Assembly: GCA_963702475.1 (NCBI GenBank) | Contig: CAVPCT010000009.1 | Span: 128,001 to 192,000 of the forward strand | Length of the DNA: 64,000 nucleotides | Source of the DNA: an uncultured Thermoleophilia bacterium | GTDB taxonomy: Bacteria > Actinomycetota > Thermoleophilia > UBA2241 | Direction of reading: 5' to 3' | In this document: positions 1 through 10,456 of the stretch, in pieces | Layout of the letters: every line of letters begins with the position of its first letter | How positions within the stretch are numbered: position 1 is the stretch's first letter | Notes under the pieces: generated by a model | Seen by the model: only the letters and a program-made list of their open reading frames with translations | Database searches by the model: none | What the model was told of the DNA's origin: nothing | Translations under genes and position numbers: made by a program

Positions 1-1
1 C

Positions 2-112
2 GTACGCGTGCACGAGGACGTCAAGGTCGTCTTCGTGCGCGACAACACGGGGAACCTCGTCGAGCTCGTCGAGCCGCTGCGCGCGGCCGGCACGGCTCGC
101 GGCACAGTGTAA
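2..112 (+). CDS. VOC/glyoxalase family protein, C-terminal fragment (runs off window start)
   Basis: Frame 2 reads ...VVFVRDNTGNLVELVEP...*, matching the VOC C-terminal motif FxxDPDGNxxEL; TAA at 110-112. Confidence 0.7.
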   Translation, partial: VRVHEDVKVVFVRDNTGNLVELVEPLRAAGTARGTV

Positions 113-133
113 GAGCGAAAGGAAACGGAAGTC

Positions 134-757
134 ATGGAGAGCACCGTCTGGCAGGACGACCACCCCTGGACCCACATCGACTGGGAGCTCAACGACGTCA
201 CGCCGTACCAGCTCAACTGGTTCTGGTGCAACATGGAGAAGGGCGACTACCTCTGGCACCCCAACCAGCACAAGGGCTTCGAGTGGTGGATCAGCCTCGA
301 AGAGGCCGGTGGTCCCCTGGGTAGCGTGCACATCGCGCCACAGACCTGGAACGACGGCGTCAAGATCCGCCCGTACATCAAGTTCCCGCGCCTGGAGGAG
401 ATCCCGGCCGAGTATCGGGACCTCATCAAGTACGACCACGTCGTGTTCGCCGGGGCGATCAGCATCATGGGCGACGACGTGAAGCCCGACGATCCGGTGC
501 TCGGCTACCGCTGTCACCAGTGGCAGAAGAGCGACAGCGGCGTCGTCGGCATGTCTTCGGCGATCGAGGCCAAGGAGAACGCCGCCGACGACGGCCTCAT
601 CTGGGCGCAGCACGCCACCGAGGAGGTCGGCAACTGGGAGGTCTTCCTGCCGACCCTGATGCGCCTGTACCGCGTGATCACCGACCCGGAGATCTGCCCG
701 TACTACTCGTTCCGCGTGGAGGGCACGGGGCGCGAGGCGAAGTACGTCGAGCTCTGA
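134..757 (+). CDS. Short, divergent PhlG/DAPG-hydrolase (phloretin hydrolase) family protein
   Basis: VTPYQLNWFW..YLWHPNQH and C-terminal HATEE..FLPTL match the PhlG-family WxPxxH and HxxxE metal motifs; RBS AAGGA upstream. Confidence 0.65.
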   Translation: MESTVWQDDHPWTHIDWELNDVTPYQLNWFWCNMEKGDYLWHPNQHKGFEWWISLEEAGGPLGSVHIAPQTWNDGVKIRPYIKFPRLEEIPAEYRDLIKYDHVVFAGAISIMGDDVKPDDPVLGYRCHQWQKSDSGVVGMSSAIEAKENAADDGLIWAQHATEEVGNWEVFLPTLMRLYRVITDPEICPYYSFRVEGTGREAKYVEL

Positions 758-788
758 GAGGCGCGAGATCCGCGCGGGGACGACGACC

Positions 789-2495
789 GTGAACAGCCGG
801 CGTGGCGGGGCTGTCGAGCGGGGCGCCGCAGGTACACCGCTCTGCGCGGAGCAGCACGGAGCGGACGGGGCCGGGGGCGCGGCGAGCGTCCCGGCCCCGC
901 CTGCGTCTGCGTGGGCGCCGCTGCGCCACAAGGTCTACCGCGCGCTGTGGTTCGCTCTGCTGGCGACCAACGTCGGCGCCTGGATGCAGGCGGTGGGCGC
1001 CGCCTGGCTCATGGTGGAGCTGGAAGCTTCGCCGACGATCATCGCCCTCGTGCAGACGGCGACGTTCCTGCCCGTGGTGCTGGTCGGCGTGGTGGCCGGC
1101 GCGCTCGCCGACCTGCTGGACCGGCGCCGGCTGCTGCTGGCGACGCAGGCGGCCGGGCTGGTCGTGGCCGCGGCGTTGGCCGTCGTGACGGCTGCCGGCG
1201 CCGTCACGCCTTGGGTGCTGCTCGGCTTCACCTTCGCGCTCGGGGTGTGCACGGCGTTCAACGGGCCGGCGTATCAGGCCATCCAGCCTGAGCTGGTGCC
1301 GGCCCGCGAGCTGAAGCAGGCGCTCACGCTCGGCGGCGCCAACATCAACCTCGGCCGGGCCATCGGCCCGGCCGTGGGCGGGGTGCTCATCGCCGCCGTC
1401 GGCGCCTGGCTCGTGTTCGGTCTCAACGCCGTCGCCTACCTCGGCAGCGTCGTCGTGCTGTGGCGCTGGAGGCGGGCCCCGGGCGACGACGTCGGCCCGC
1501 CGGAGCACTTCGCCGGGGCCATCCGCGCCGGCGTGCGGTACGCCCTGTTCTCGCGCGTGCTGCAGGGCGTGCTGCTGCGCTCGTTCGTCTTCGGGCTCGC
1601 CAGCTCCGCCCTGCTCTCGCTGCTGCCGGTGTACGCCTCCCGGGCGCTCGGCGCAGGGTCCGGCGGCCTCGGCCTTCTGTACGCCGGCATCGGCGTCGGG
1701 GCGGTGGCGATGGCCGCGCTGTTGCCGCGGCTCCGCGCGCACCTCAGCGACGACCGCATCTTCGCGCTGGGGAGCGTCACGGTCGGCGCGGCGCTTGTCA
1801 CCTATGCGGCCGCGCCGGTCCTCGCCGCCGCCCTGGCCGCCAGCTTCGTGGCCGGCCTCGGCTGGCTCTGCTGTCTCTCCACCCTCAGCGTCGCCTCCCA
1901 GGACGCCCTGCCTTCGTGGGTGCGGGCCCGCGGCCTCGCCTTCTGCCTCACGGCTCTCTCGGCAGGGGTGGCTCTCGGCGCGGTCCTGTGGGGCATGCTT
2001 GCCTCCGTCGAGGGCGTTCGCGCTGCGTACGCATGGGGCGCCGCCGCGCTCGTCGTGACGCTCGTCCTCGCCCTGCGCTGGCGCTTCGACGCGATCGCCC
2101 GCCTCGACCTCTCGCCGTCGCCGCTCGCGTCGCCGGAGACGCGGCTCCTCGGGGAGGAGCACGCCGACAGCCCGGCCTTCGTGCTCGTGAGCTACGAGGT
2201 CCGGCCCGAGTGCGAGGACGACTTCCTCCGCGCGCTGCGGCTTGTCGGCCGCGTACGGCGCCGCAACGGCGCCGCCGACTGGTCCTTCTACCGCGACGCC
2301 GAGAGGCTGGACCGGTTCATCGAGACCTTCGTGCTGCCGACCTGGGACGAGCACGTGCGGCAGCACCAGCGCCTCACCGTCACGGACGCCGCCGTCCTCG
2401 ACAGGGTCCTCGAATTCCTCAAGCCCGGGACGTCCTTCACGGCCGAGCACTACGTCCAGCCGCCGCAACCGCCGCTCGAGCTCTGGCCGCGGTAG
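789..2495 (+). CDS. MFS transporter (MFS_3/DUF894 type) with soluble C-terminal domain
   Basis: About 12 hydrophobic segments, GALADLLDRRR motif A, C-terminal ...RRRNGA..W...ETF..TWDEHVRQHQR domain; start uncertain. Confidence 0.9.
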   Translation: MNSRRGGAVERGAAGTPLCAEQHGADGAGGAASVPAPPASAWAPLRHKVYRALWFALLATNVGAWMQAVGAAWLMVELEASPTIIALVQTATFLPVVLVGVVAGALADLLDRRRLLLATQAAGLVVAAALAVVTAAGAVTPWVLLGFTFALGVCTAFNGPAYQAIQPELVPARELKQALTLGGANINLGRAIGPAVGGVLIAAVGAWLVFGLNAVAYLGSVVVLWRWRRAPGDDVGPPEHFAGAIRAGVRYALFSRVLQGVLLRSFVFGLASSALLSLLPVYASRALGAGSGGLGLLYAGIGVGAVAMAALLPRLRAHLSDDRIFALGSVTVGAALVTYAAAPVLAAALAASFVAGLGWLCCLSTLSVASQDALPSWVRARGLAFCLTALSAGVALGAVLWGMLASVEGVRAAYAWGAAALVVTLVLALRWRFDAIARLDLSPSPLASPETRLLGEEHADSPAFVLVSYEVRPECEDDFLRALRLVGRVRRRNGAADWSFYRDAERLDRFIETFVLPTWDEHVRQHQRLTVTDAAVLDRVLEFLKPGTSFTAEHYVQPPQPPLELWPR

Positions 2496-2564
2496 GGCGG
2501 GAGGGTCTTCGCGGCAGGCTTGCTGCTCCGCTCAGCGGTCCGTGCGTCGCCGGACCGGCCTAGA

Positions 2565-2580
2565 GAGAGCGTTCGCTCTA
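2565..2580. promoter_or_regulatory. Palindromic operator GAGAGCG-TT-CGCTCTA (TetR-like)
   Basis: Arms differ by one base from the perfect palindrome at 36320-36335; just upstream of the -35 at 2589. Confidence 0.6.
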
Positions 2581-2588
2581 TTTGCCCC

Positions 2589-2616
2589 TTGCATCCTGGC
2601 AGAGAGGCACTATAGT
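2589..2616 (+). promoter_or_regulatory. Putative sigma70-type promoter TTGCAT-N16-TATAGT
   Basis: AT-rich hexamers in a GC-rich intergenic region upstream of the MerR-TetR operon. Confidence 0.55.
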
Positions 2617-2625
2617 ATTCAGCAC

Positions 2626-2652
2626 GTGAACTAGACTTGTAGAGTAGTTCAC
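2626..2652. promoter_or_regulatory. Inverted repeat GTGAACTA-N11-TAGTTCAC, candidate operator
   Basis: Perfect 8-bp arms just downstream of the putative -10. Confidence 0.55.
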
Positions 2653-2692
2653 TGGAGCAAAGGGGAACCAGCGTCCGCCTGAGGGGGTGGGG

Positions 2693-3646
2693 ATGCGGGC
2701 ACTCACGATCGGTGAGCTCGAGACGGAATCCGGCACCGCGCGCAGCACGATCTACTTCTACGTGCGCGCGGGGCTCCTGCCGCCCGCCCAGAAAGCCAGC
2801 CCGACGCGCGCCATCTACACCGACGCCCACGTCGAGCTCCTCGAGGAGATCCGGCGGCTGAAGGCGCAGGGCCTGGACATCCGGGCCATCGGCGAGCGGC
2901 TGCGGCAGCGCGTGCACTCCGCCAGCCAGAACGGGGAAGATCTCGTGGCGCGGCAGGAAGAAGAGACCCGCCGCGCCATCCTCTCCGTCGCCGGGCGCGA
3001 GTTCTCCCGCAACGGCTACCGCCAGACGCGCATCGCCGACATCATCCGCGACCTGGGCATCACCCCGCAGACGCTCTACGGCTACTTCCCGACCAAGCGC
3101 GACCTGTTCGCCGCCGCGTACCGGGACTACCTCGAGGCGTCCATGACTGCTATCGAGCCGCGGCTCGCGGATGAGGACGATCCGGCCGTCCACGTGCTGT
3201 GGCGCATGGTGGGCGACTACAGTCTGCAGGCGCTGAACCCCGACCTTCTCTATCTCTCGCGTGAGGCCGCCTACGACGACCCCGAGACCACCCGCGAGCT
3301 GCGGGCCGCCCACGACCACGTCCTCACCGGGCCGACCGAGGATCTCCTGCGCCGCCGCGGCGGTCCGGACGAGCCGCCCCTGTCGGACGAGCTCGTCAGC
3401 TATGCCCTGTACGGCGCGTTCCAGACGATGCGTCTGCGCGCCTCGTGGGACAGCCGCTTCTCCCGCAGCGACGTGATGTGGACGAACGTGGCCATCAACC
3501 TGGCCGTCCTGGCGCTGTACGACGGCACCATCGACGTCGCCGCTCTCAGGGAGAAGTACGCCGACCTCGTCGCGGAGCTCGCGGCCATGGAGCCGCCCGA
3601 ACCCGCGGATCTCGAGACCTCACTGCCGACGCGAGAGGGCACTTGA
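2693..3646 (+). CDS. MerR-HTH / TetR fusion transcriptional regulator
   Basis: N-terminal LTIGELE..STIYFYVRAGLLP (MerR HTH) followed by RRAILSVAGREFSRNGY..TRIADI...TLYGYFPTK (TetR HTH). Confidence 0.9.
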   Translation: MRALTIGELETESGTARSTIYFYVRAGLLPPAQKASPTRAIYTDAHVELLEEIRRLKAQGLDIRAIGERLRQRVHSASQNGEDLVARQEEETRRAILSVAGREFSRNGYRQTRIADIIRDLGITPQTLYGYFPTKRDLFAAAYRDYLEASMTAIEPRLADEDDPAVHVLWRMVGDYSLQALNPDLLYLSREAAYDDPETTRELRAAHDHVLTGPTEDLLRRRGGPDEPPLSDELVSYALYGAFQTMRLRASWDSRFSRSDVMWTNVAINLAVLALYDGTIDVAALREKYADLVAELAAMEPPEPADLETSLPTREGT

Positions 3647-4440
3647 TGGAGGTGCGGCCGGCCCACGACCAGCGCCTCCGCGGGCGCGTCGCCGTCGTGA
3701 CCGGCGCGGCGCGCCCGCGCGGCATCGGCCGCGCCGTCGCCCTGCGCTACGCGGCCGAGGGTGCGCGCGTGGCCGTGCTGGACCTGGACGGCGAGGGCGC
3801 GCGCGGTGTGGCCGACGAGATCACGGCGGCCGGCGGCGCGGCCGTCGGCGTCGCCTGCGACGTCGCCGATCTCGCGTCGGTGGAGGCGGCCGCGGTGCGC
3901 GTTCTCGACGCGTGGGGCGGCCGCGTCGACATCCTCGTGAACAACGCGGCCGCGCTCGACGGTGTCGTCTGGCAGCCGTTCGACCAGTGGACCGTCGAGG
4001 AGTGGGACACGATGCTCGACGTGAACCTGCGCGGCATGTGGTTCTGCGCCCGCGCCTTCGTCCCCGCCATGAAGGCGCGCGGCTACGGCAAGATCGTCAA
4101 CGTCACATCCTCCACCTTCTGGGAGGGCGTGGGCGGCTTCATCCACTACACCTCGAGCAAGGGCGGCGTGATCGGCTTCACGCGTGCCCTCGGCCGCGAG
4201 CTCGGGCCGTTCGGCGTCCGCGTGAACGCGCTCGCTCCGGGCTACACGATGACCGACGCGCAGACCGAGCACGCGACGGCGCACCCCGACCATCAGGTCG
4301 CGATGCGCGAGCAGCGTGCCCTGGCCCGCGATCAGGTGGCGGACGACCTCGCCGGCCCGGCTTTCTTCCTGGCCTCGGACGACAGCGATTTCATGACCTG
4401 CCAGACCATCCTCGTGGATGGCGGCCGGAGCATGTGGTGA
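3646..4440 (+). CDS. Short-chain dehydrogenase/reductase
   Basis: TGAARPRGIG, NNAA, YTSSK (YxxxK); ATG overlaps the upstream TGA. Confidence 0.95.
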   Translation: MEVRPAHDQRLRGRVAVVTGAARPRGIGRAVALRYAAEGARVAVLDLDGEGARGVADEITAAGGAAVGVACDVADLASVEAAAVRVLDAWGGRVDILVNNAAALDGVVWQPFDQWTVEEWDTMLDVNLRGMWFCARAFVPAMKARGYGKIVNVTSSTFWEGVGGFIHYTSSKGGVIGFTRALGRELGPFGVRVNALAPGYTMTDAQTEHATAHPDHQVAMREQRALARDQVADDLAGPAFFLASDDSDFMTCQTILVDGGRSMW

Positions 4441-4488
4441 TGGCGATGACCGCGACACGGCGCAGAGGCCGCCGAGGGGGTACGTCCA

Positions 4489-5367
4489 TTGACTGATTGG
4501 CTGCAACTGCTGGTCTCCGGCATCACGCTGGGGTCGATCTTCTCGCTCGTCGCTCTCGGGTTCGTGACGATCTACCGCACCTCGAAGGTGGTGAACATGG
4601 CCCAGGGCTCGTTCGTGATGCTCGGCACCATGTTCACGTACTCCTTCCTCAATGAGCTCGGCTGGCCGTTCTGGCTGTCGGCCATCGTTTCCATCGCGGG
4701 CGTGATCGTGGTCGGCATCCTGATGTTCCAGATCGTGCTCAAGCCGATGCTCAAGGCGCCGCCGGCGGCGATGATCCTGCTGACGATCGCCCTGAGCCTG
4801 CTCATCGAGAACCTCGCCCTCCTCAAGTGGGGCGGCTACGGCCTCGGCATCCCGGCGTTCACCGGGGAGACGTCCATCTGGGTGCGCGGCGTCGCCATAC
4901 CGCCCCAGACGCTGTGGGTGCTCGGGGTCACCATCGCAGTCCTCATCGCGCTCTACTGGCTCAACAACCGCACCCTCGTCGGCAAGATGATGACGGCGAC
5001 GGCCACGCGGCCCAACGCCGCCAGCCTGTGCGGCATCTCCACGACACTGATGATCATCATCGCCTTCGCCATCAGCGCCGGCATCGGCGCCATCGGCGGC
5101 GTGAGCGTCGGCTCGGTCATCCCGATCGCCTTCACCACCGGCGGCCTCATCGGCCTCAACGGCTTCGTCGCCGCCATCCTCGGCGGCTGGGGCTCAAGCA
5201 CCGGCGCCGTCGTCGGCGGCTTCACCCTCGGCATCCTCGAGTCGCTGTTCACCGGCGTCGTCCCGGCGGGCTACAAGGACGCGCTTGCGTTCGTCCTGCT
5301 CATCATCGTGGTGTACTTCCGGCCCTCCGGCCTCCTCGGTACCCCGTCCGTGGAAGGCGAGGAGTGA
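4489..5367 (+). CDS. livH: HAAT-family ABC transporter permease (LivH-like)
   Basis: LVSGITLGSIFSLVALGF..VVNMAQG, AAILGGWGS, RPSGLLG motifs; TTG start. Confidence 0.9.
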   Translation: MTDWLQLLVSGITLGSIFSLVALGFVTIYRTSKVVNMAQGSFVMLGTMFTYSFLNELGWPFWLSAIVSIAGVIVVGILMFQIVLKPMLKAPPAAMILLTIALSLLIENLALLKWGGYGLGIPAFTGETSIWVRGVAIPPQTLWVLGVTIAVLIALYWLNNRTLVGKMMTATATRPNAASLCGISTTLMIIIAFAISAGIGAIGGVSVGSVIPIAFTTGGLIGLNGFVAAILGGWGSSTGAVVGGFTLGILESLFTGVVPAGYKDALAFVLLIIVVYFRPSGLLGTPSVEGEE

Positions 5368-8090
5368 TGGCGGCGAGCAAGGTCGACAAGAAGGCCGCCC
5401 CGCCGAAGGGCCTCGTGCCCACTCTGAGGAGCGGCAGCTTCCTCTTCAAGCTCATCTTCATCGCGATCCTGCTCATCTGGCCGATGGTGCTTCCCAACAC
5501 CTACAACATGAGCGTGATGACCACTGCCGGGTACTACGCGATGATCGTCGTCGCCGTGAGCCTCATCCTCGGCCAGGCCGGCCAGCTCTCGCTGGCGCAC
5601 AACGCGTTCTACGGGATAGGCGCCTACGTCGCCGCCATCCTCGCCACGACGTACCACTGGAACAGCCTGCTGGCGCTGTTCGTCGGGGCGCTCGCCGCCG
5701 GCGGCGTGGCCATCCTGATCGGCAAGCCGGTGCTCAAGCTCAAGTATTTCTACCTGGCCCTCGCCACCCTGGGTCTGGGCCAGATCTTCGGCATCATCGT
5801 CACGCAGCTCACCATCACCGGCGGCGCCAACGGCTTCGGGCCGATCCCGACGCTCGACATCTTCGGCTTCGACGTCGGCACCTACATGCGCCAGTACTAC
5901 GTCATCTGGATCATCGTGATCCTGACGCTGTTGTTCACCGACCGCGCCCTCAAGTACCGGTTCGGGCGCTCGCTGCGCTCGCTGGCGACGAGCGAGATCG
6001 CGGCCTCGACCCTCGGCGTGCGCACCGCCAACTGGAAGCTCGTCGCCTTCGTGGTCGGGGCCGTGTACTGCGGCTTCGCCGGCGGCCTGTTCGCCTTCTT
6101 CAGCGTGGCCATCATGCCGGGCTCCTTCGGCTTCGCCGCGGCGGTCCTGCCGGTGGTCATGATGCTCGTCGGCGGCGACCAGAACATCTGGGGCGGCGCC
6201 ATCGGCGCCATCGTGCTCACCTGGGTCGTCAACGGCTTCCCGCAGCTCCAGCAGTACAGCGGCGTCACCTACTCGGTCGTCATGATCCTGCTCCTCATGT
6301 TCCTCCCGATGGGCATCGTCGGCCTGTTCTCGCCGATGGCCCGCGCCCGGATGCGCAAGCGCTTCGGCATGAAGGACAAGGGCGATCTCGGGGAGGTGGA
6401 GGCCCTGCCCGATGTGGGTGCCGACACCGGCGGCGAGCTGGAGTTCAAGGCCTCGGTGGCCGAGGCTGCGGCCGCGGCCCAGGAGACGAAGGAGGCCCTC
6501 GCCGCCGCCGCGGACGTGAGGACGGCGGCCGCCGCCCAGGACGACGCGCCGGCGCTGCTGCGCGTGGAGGGCGTCACCGTCCAGTTCGGCGGTCTCAAGG
6601 CCGTGAACGACGTGACCATGGAGGTCCGCGAGGGCGAGATCACGGCGCTCATCGGCCCGAACGGCGCCGGCAAGACCACGCTGTTCAACGCCGTCAGCCG
6701 GCTGCAGTCCATCACCACCGGCTCCATCAGCTTCATGGGGCGGGACATCACGAAGCTCAGCCCGCCGGAGGTCGCACGACTGGGCATGGCGCGCACCTTC
6801 CAGAACCTGCGCATCTTCGCCAACATGAACGTGCTCGAGAACGTGCTCGTGGGCTGCCACCGGCACGAGCACTCCGGCATGTTCTCGGAGGGCATCGGCC
6901 TGCCCAAGCAGCGGGCCGAGGAGAAGGCCTCGCGCGAACGCGCCATGAAGACGCTCGAACTGCTCGGCCTCGAGCACTACGCCATGCGGCCGGCCGCGAG
7001 CCTGCCCTACGGCATCCAGCGGCTGGTCGAGATCGCCCGCGCGGTCGCGTCCGAGCCCAAGCTGCTCATGCTCGACGAGCCCGCGGCCGGCATGAACGCG
7101 CACGAGCGGGCTTATCTGGTCGACAGGATCGGGCGCATCCGAGACGCCGGCATCAGCGTGCTGCTCGTCGAGCACGACATCGGCCTCGTGATGGGCATCT
7201 CCGACGCGGTCAACTGCCTTGACTACGGCAAGCTCATCGCCTGTGGCACGCCGGGCGTCGTCCAGCAGGATCCTGCGGTCATCGCCGCCTACCTCGGCGA
7301 CGGCAAGGCGCGCGTCGCCAGTCACCGCGACGCGGAGCACGTGACGGCCTGCGATGACTGCATGCTGGTCGTGGAGGACCTCGTCACGTCCTACGGCACC
7401 ATCGAAGCGCTCCACGGCGTGTCGTTCGAGGTGCCCAAGGGGCAGATCGTGGCCGTGCTCGGGGCCAACGGCGCCGGCAAGACCACGCTGCTGGAGACGA
7501 TCTCCGGCCTGCTCAAGCCCAACCGCGGCCGGATCCTCTACGAGGGCGCCGACATCACCAAGGTCGCGCCACACAAGATCGCGAGGCGGGGCCTCGGCCA
7601 CGTGCCCGAGGGGCGCCAGCTCTTCCCGACGCTGAGCGTCGAGGACAACCTCATCCTCGGGGCCACGGCCCGGGCAGACAAGGCAGGGCTCCAGGACGAC
7701 ATCGCCTTCGTGTATGAGGTGTTCCCCGTGCTCGGGGAGCGGCGCAAGCAGCACGCCGGCACGCTGTCGGGCGGCGAGCAGCAGATGCTCGCCATCGGCA
7801 GGGCCATCACCGGCAAGCCCAGCCTGCTGCTGCTCGACGAGCCGTCCATGGGCCTCGCTCCCATGACGGTGGACCGCATCTTCGAGGGCCTGCAGAAGCT
7901 CAACGAACAAGGCCTCACCATGCTCATGGTGGAGCAGAACGCGGAGATGGCACTCTCCATCGCGGACTATGCGGTGGTGCTTCAGACCGGCAATGTCGTC
8001 ATCGCGGAGAGCGCCACCGCTCTCCGCGAGGACGACCGGGTGCGGGCGTCCTATCTGGGCCAGAGCCAGACCGGGGCTCGCGCAAACTGA
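5367..8090 (+). CDS. Fused ABC permease plus two ATPase domains (LivM-LivG-LivF)
   Basis: LivM motifs GQLSLAHNAFYGIGAY and YLALATLG, then two Walker A motifs (GPNGAGKT, GANGAGKT) and LSGGEQQM in one uninterrupted frame. Confidence 0.92.
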   Translation: MAASKVDKKAAPPKGLVPTLRSGSFLFKLIFIAILLIWPMVLPNTYNMSVMTTAGYYAMIVVAVSLILGQAGQLSLAHNAFYGIGAYVAAILATTYHWNSLLALFVGALAAGGVAILIGKPVLKLKYFYLALATLGLGQIFGIIVTQLTITGGANGFGPIPTLDIFGFDVGTYMRQYYVIWIIVILTLLFTDRALKYRFGRSLRSLATSEIAASTLGVRTANWKLVAFVVGAVYCGFAGGLFAFFSVAIMPGSFGFAAAVLPVVMMLVGGDQNIWGGAIGAIVLTWVVNGFPQLQQYSGVTYSVVMILLLMFLPMGIVGLFSPMARARMRKRFGMKDKGDLGEVEALPDVGADTGGELEFKASVAEAAAAAQETKEALAAAADVRTAAAAQDDAPALLRVEGVTVQFGGLKAVNDVTMEVREGEITALIGPNGAGKTTLFNAVSRLQSITTGSISFMGRDITKLSPPEVARLGMARTFQNLRIFANMNVLENVLVGCHRHEHSGMFSEGIGLPKQRAEEKASRERAMKTLELLGLEHYAMRPAASLPYGIQRLVEIARAVASEPKLLMLDEPAAGMNAHERAYLVDRIGRIRDAGISVLLVEHDIGLVMGISDAVNCLDYGKLIACGTPGVVQQDPAVIAAYLGDGKARVASHRDAEHVTACDDCMLVVEDLVTSYGTIEALHGVSFEVPKGQIVAVLGANGAGKTTLLETISGLLKPNRGRILYEGADITKVAPHKIARRGLGHVPEGRQLFPTLSVEDNLILGATARADKAGLQDDIAFVYEVFPVLGERRKQHAGTLSGGEQQMLAIGRAITGKPSLLLLDEPSMGLAPMTVDRIFEGLQKLNEQGLTMLMVEQNAEMALSIADYAVVLQTGNVVIAESATALREDDRVRASYLGQSQTGARAN

Positions 8091-8124
8091 CGTGGGGACA
8101 CAAAGGCAAGGGGAGGAGAAGAGC

Positions 8125-9418
8125 ATGAAGCGTTGGAAGTGGCAGCTGGGCGTCGTGTCGGTGCTCGTGCTGCTCGCCGCCGCCACCATCGGTGTGATGG
8201 CCGCGTGCGGTGAGGAAGAGTCGGGCGGAGAGGCGTCGCCGGCGGCGAGCGAATCGGCGGGCGCCGGCGACTTCACCGGTACCACCACCAAGTGGGGCGA
8301 GATGAACTCGCTCACCGGCGTCTCGGCGGCTCCCGCCAAGACGCTGCAGATGGGCTACGACGAGGAGGTCGAGTACATCAACGCCAACGGCGGCGTCCTC
8401 GGCGCCGCCATCGACTCGATCAACCTCGACGACAAGTCGGACATGAGCGCCTCCGTGGCCGGGGTGACGCAGCTGATCAACCAGGACAAGGTCGACCTGA
8501 TCATCGGACCGTTCCCGCAGATGGTCGCCACCGCTGCGCGCTCCATCACGGAGAAGGCCGGTACGCCGCACATGCTGTACGCGCCGCCGACCATCGCCGA
8601 CCTCAAGAAGACCGACTACAAGTGGTCCTTCCTGTGCGCGGCCGGGCCTGACGCCGTCGCCGACGCGCTCCTCGTGGCCTGCCAGAAGGGCGGCTACAAG
8701 AACGTCGTCGCCATCGCCGACGTCATTCCGATCCACCAGGAGTCCCTGGTGCTCATGAAGGAGTACTACCAGGACGCCGGCATCGAGAACTTCACGGTGC
8801 TCCCCGACAAGTGGGACCTGGCCGCGACCGACGTCTCGCCGATCGTCGCCAAGCTCGCCGCTGCCGCCAAGGCGAACAAGCCTGACGTGCTGCTCGTCCT
8901 CAGCAACCCGATCCACGTGCCGGCCATCCAGAAGGGCCTCAAGGCACTCGGCATCACCACCCCGGTGATCGGCTCGGCCGCCGGTACCTCGCCGGCCATC
9001 TTCCTGCAGGGCCCCGAGGCCGTCGAAGGCTTCACTGCCCTCGGCGTCGGCATCACCAACCCGGCCGAGCTGCCCGACGGGTATCCGGGCAAGGAAGACA
9101 TGCTCGCCTTCTCCGAGCGTTTCATGGCCAAGTACGACATGCCGCCGGACTTCTACGCCGGGCTTCGCGTATGACGCCGTGCACCTGATGGCGAACGCGC
9201 AGATCGCCGCCGGCAACCCGACCGACAAGGAAGCCGTGCGCACGGCCATGGAGGCCACCACGGAGTGGGCGGGCTGCCAGGGCGTGTTCACGTACTCAGC
9301 AACCGACCACGTGGGCATCCACGGCGGCTTCTGCCTGTGGAAGGTCGAGGGCGGCCAGTTCAAGCTCGTCGAGGAGCTCAACCCGACGGGCCTGGTCATC
9401 ATCCCGCCGCTCCAGTAA
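8125..9418 (+). CDS. ABC substrate-binding lipoprotein (LivK/Peripla_BP_6 type), one +1 frameshift near 9160
   Basis: Signal peptide ending in MAAC lipobox, INANGGVLG; FYAG continues as FAYDAVHL in the next frame (GCCGGGC, one extra G). Confidence 0.88.
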
Positions 9419-9448
9419 CCCGGAGCAGCAGACCGACCACCGCGTGAC

Positions 9449-9496
9449 GGCCTCCGGCCGCGGCGAGGCGAAGCCTCAGCACCGCGGCCGGAGGCC
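9449..9496 (+). terminator. Long GC hairpin after the substrate-binding protein gene
   Basis: GGCCTCCGGCCGCGG...CCGCGGCCGGAGGCC arms with an inner GAGGC-gaa-GCCTC hairpin, followed by CCTTT. Confidence 0.6.
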
Positions 9497-9672
9497 CCTT
9501 TCGGGGGACGTCTTCGCCGTGCGGTGGCGCATGGCCCAGGTGGCCGCCCGACGTTCTGAGCAAGACGCGGCCGGCGAGGAGGGCTCACGCCGACGACCCC
9601 CGCGACAGAGAGCCGTGACGACCCGCGGCCGGGCGTGCCATGGCCGCGGGACGAACACCGGAGGAGTTCATC

Positions 9673-10443
9673 ATGTCCGATCGTCTGGCCGGCAAGGTGG
9701 CCGTGGTCACCGGCAGCGGCAATGGGATAGGCCAGGGCTGCGCGCTCATGTTCGCTCGTGAGGGGGCCACGGTGGTGGGCGCGGACCTCGACGTGGCCGG
9801 CTCCGAGGAGACCCTCAGGCGCGCCGTCGCGGAGGGTCTCACGATCGACGGCGTCCATCCCTGCGACCTCGTCGACCCGCCTCAGGTCGAGCAGCTCATG
9901 AAGTACACGGCCGAGAAGTACGGCGGCATCCACGTGTTGCTGAATGCCGCCGCCAAGATCGCCTTCGAGTTCATCGAGGACATGGACTACGAGGCGCACT
10001 GGAAGAAGACCATCGTCGGCGAGCTGGACATCGTCTTCCTGGCCTGCAAGGCGGCGTGGCCGTACATGAAGAAGAGCGGAGGAGCCTCCATCATCAACTT
10101 CTCCTCCGCCAACGCCTGGGAGGCGCTGCAGGGCTCCGGCGCCCTGGCGCACTGCGCGACCAAGGGCGCCGTGCTCGCCATGACCCGCCAGCTGGCGATG
10201 GAGGGCGGGCCTCACGGCATCCGCGCCAACACCATCGCTCCCGCGCTCATCGTCACCTCAGAGACCAAGCCCCGGCTCGACAACGAACCGGGCTTTCGCG
10301 AGACCGTGGAAGCCAAGATGATGCTTCCGCGCCTCGGCACGCCGGAAGACATCGCCTACTGCGCGACCTTCCTCGCGTCCGATGAATCGAGCTGGGTGAC
10401 CGCCTCCGACTACAAGGTCGACGGCGGCGCCACGTCGTGGTGA
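9673..10443 (+). CDS. Atypical SDR (HxxxK in place of YxxxK)
   Basis: TGSGNGIG, LNAAA, NFSS, AHCATKG; RBS GGAGGAG. Confidence 0.92.
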   Translation: MSDRLAGKVAVVTGSGNGIGQGCALMFAREGATVVGADLDVAGSEETLRRAVAEGLTIDGVHPCDLVDPPQVEQLMKYTAEKYGGIHVLLNAAAKIAFEFIEDMDYEAHWKKTIVGELDIVFLACKAAWPYMKKSGGASIINFSSANAWEALQGSGALAHCATKGAVLAMTRQLAMEGGPHGIRANTIAPALIVTSETKPRLDNEPGFRETVEAKMMLPRLGTPEDIAYCATFLASDESSWVTASDYKVDGGATSW

Positions 10444-10456
10444 GAGGAGCAGGGTC

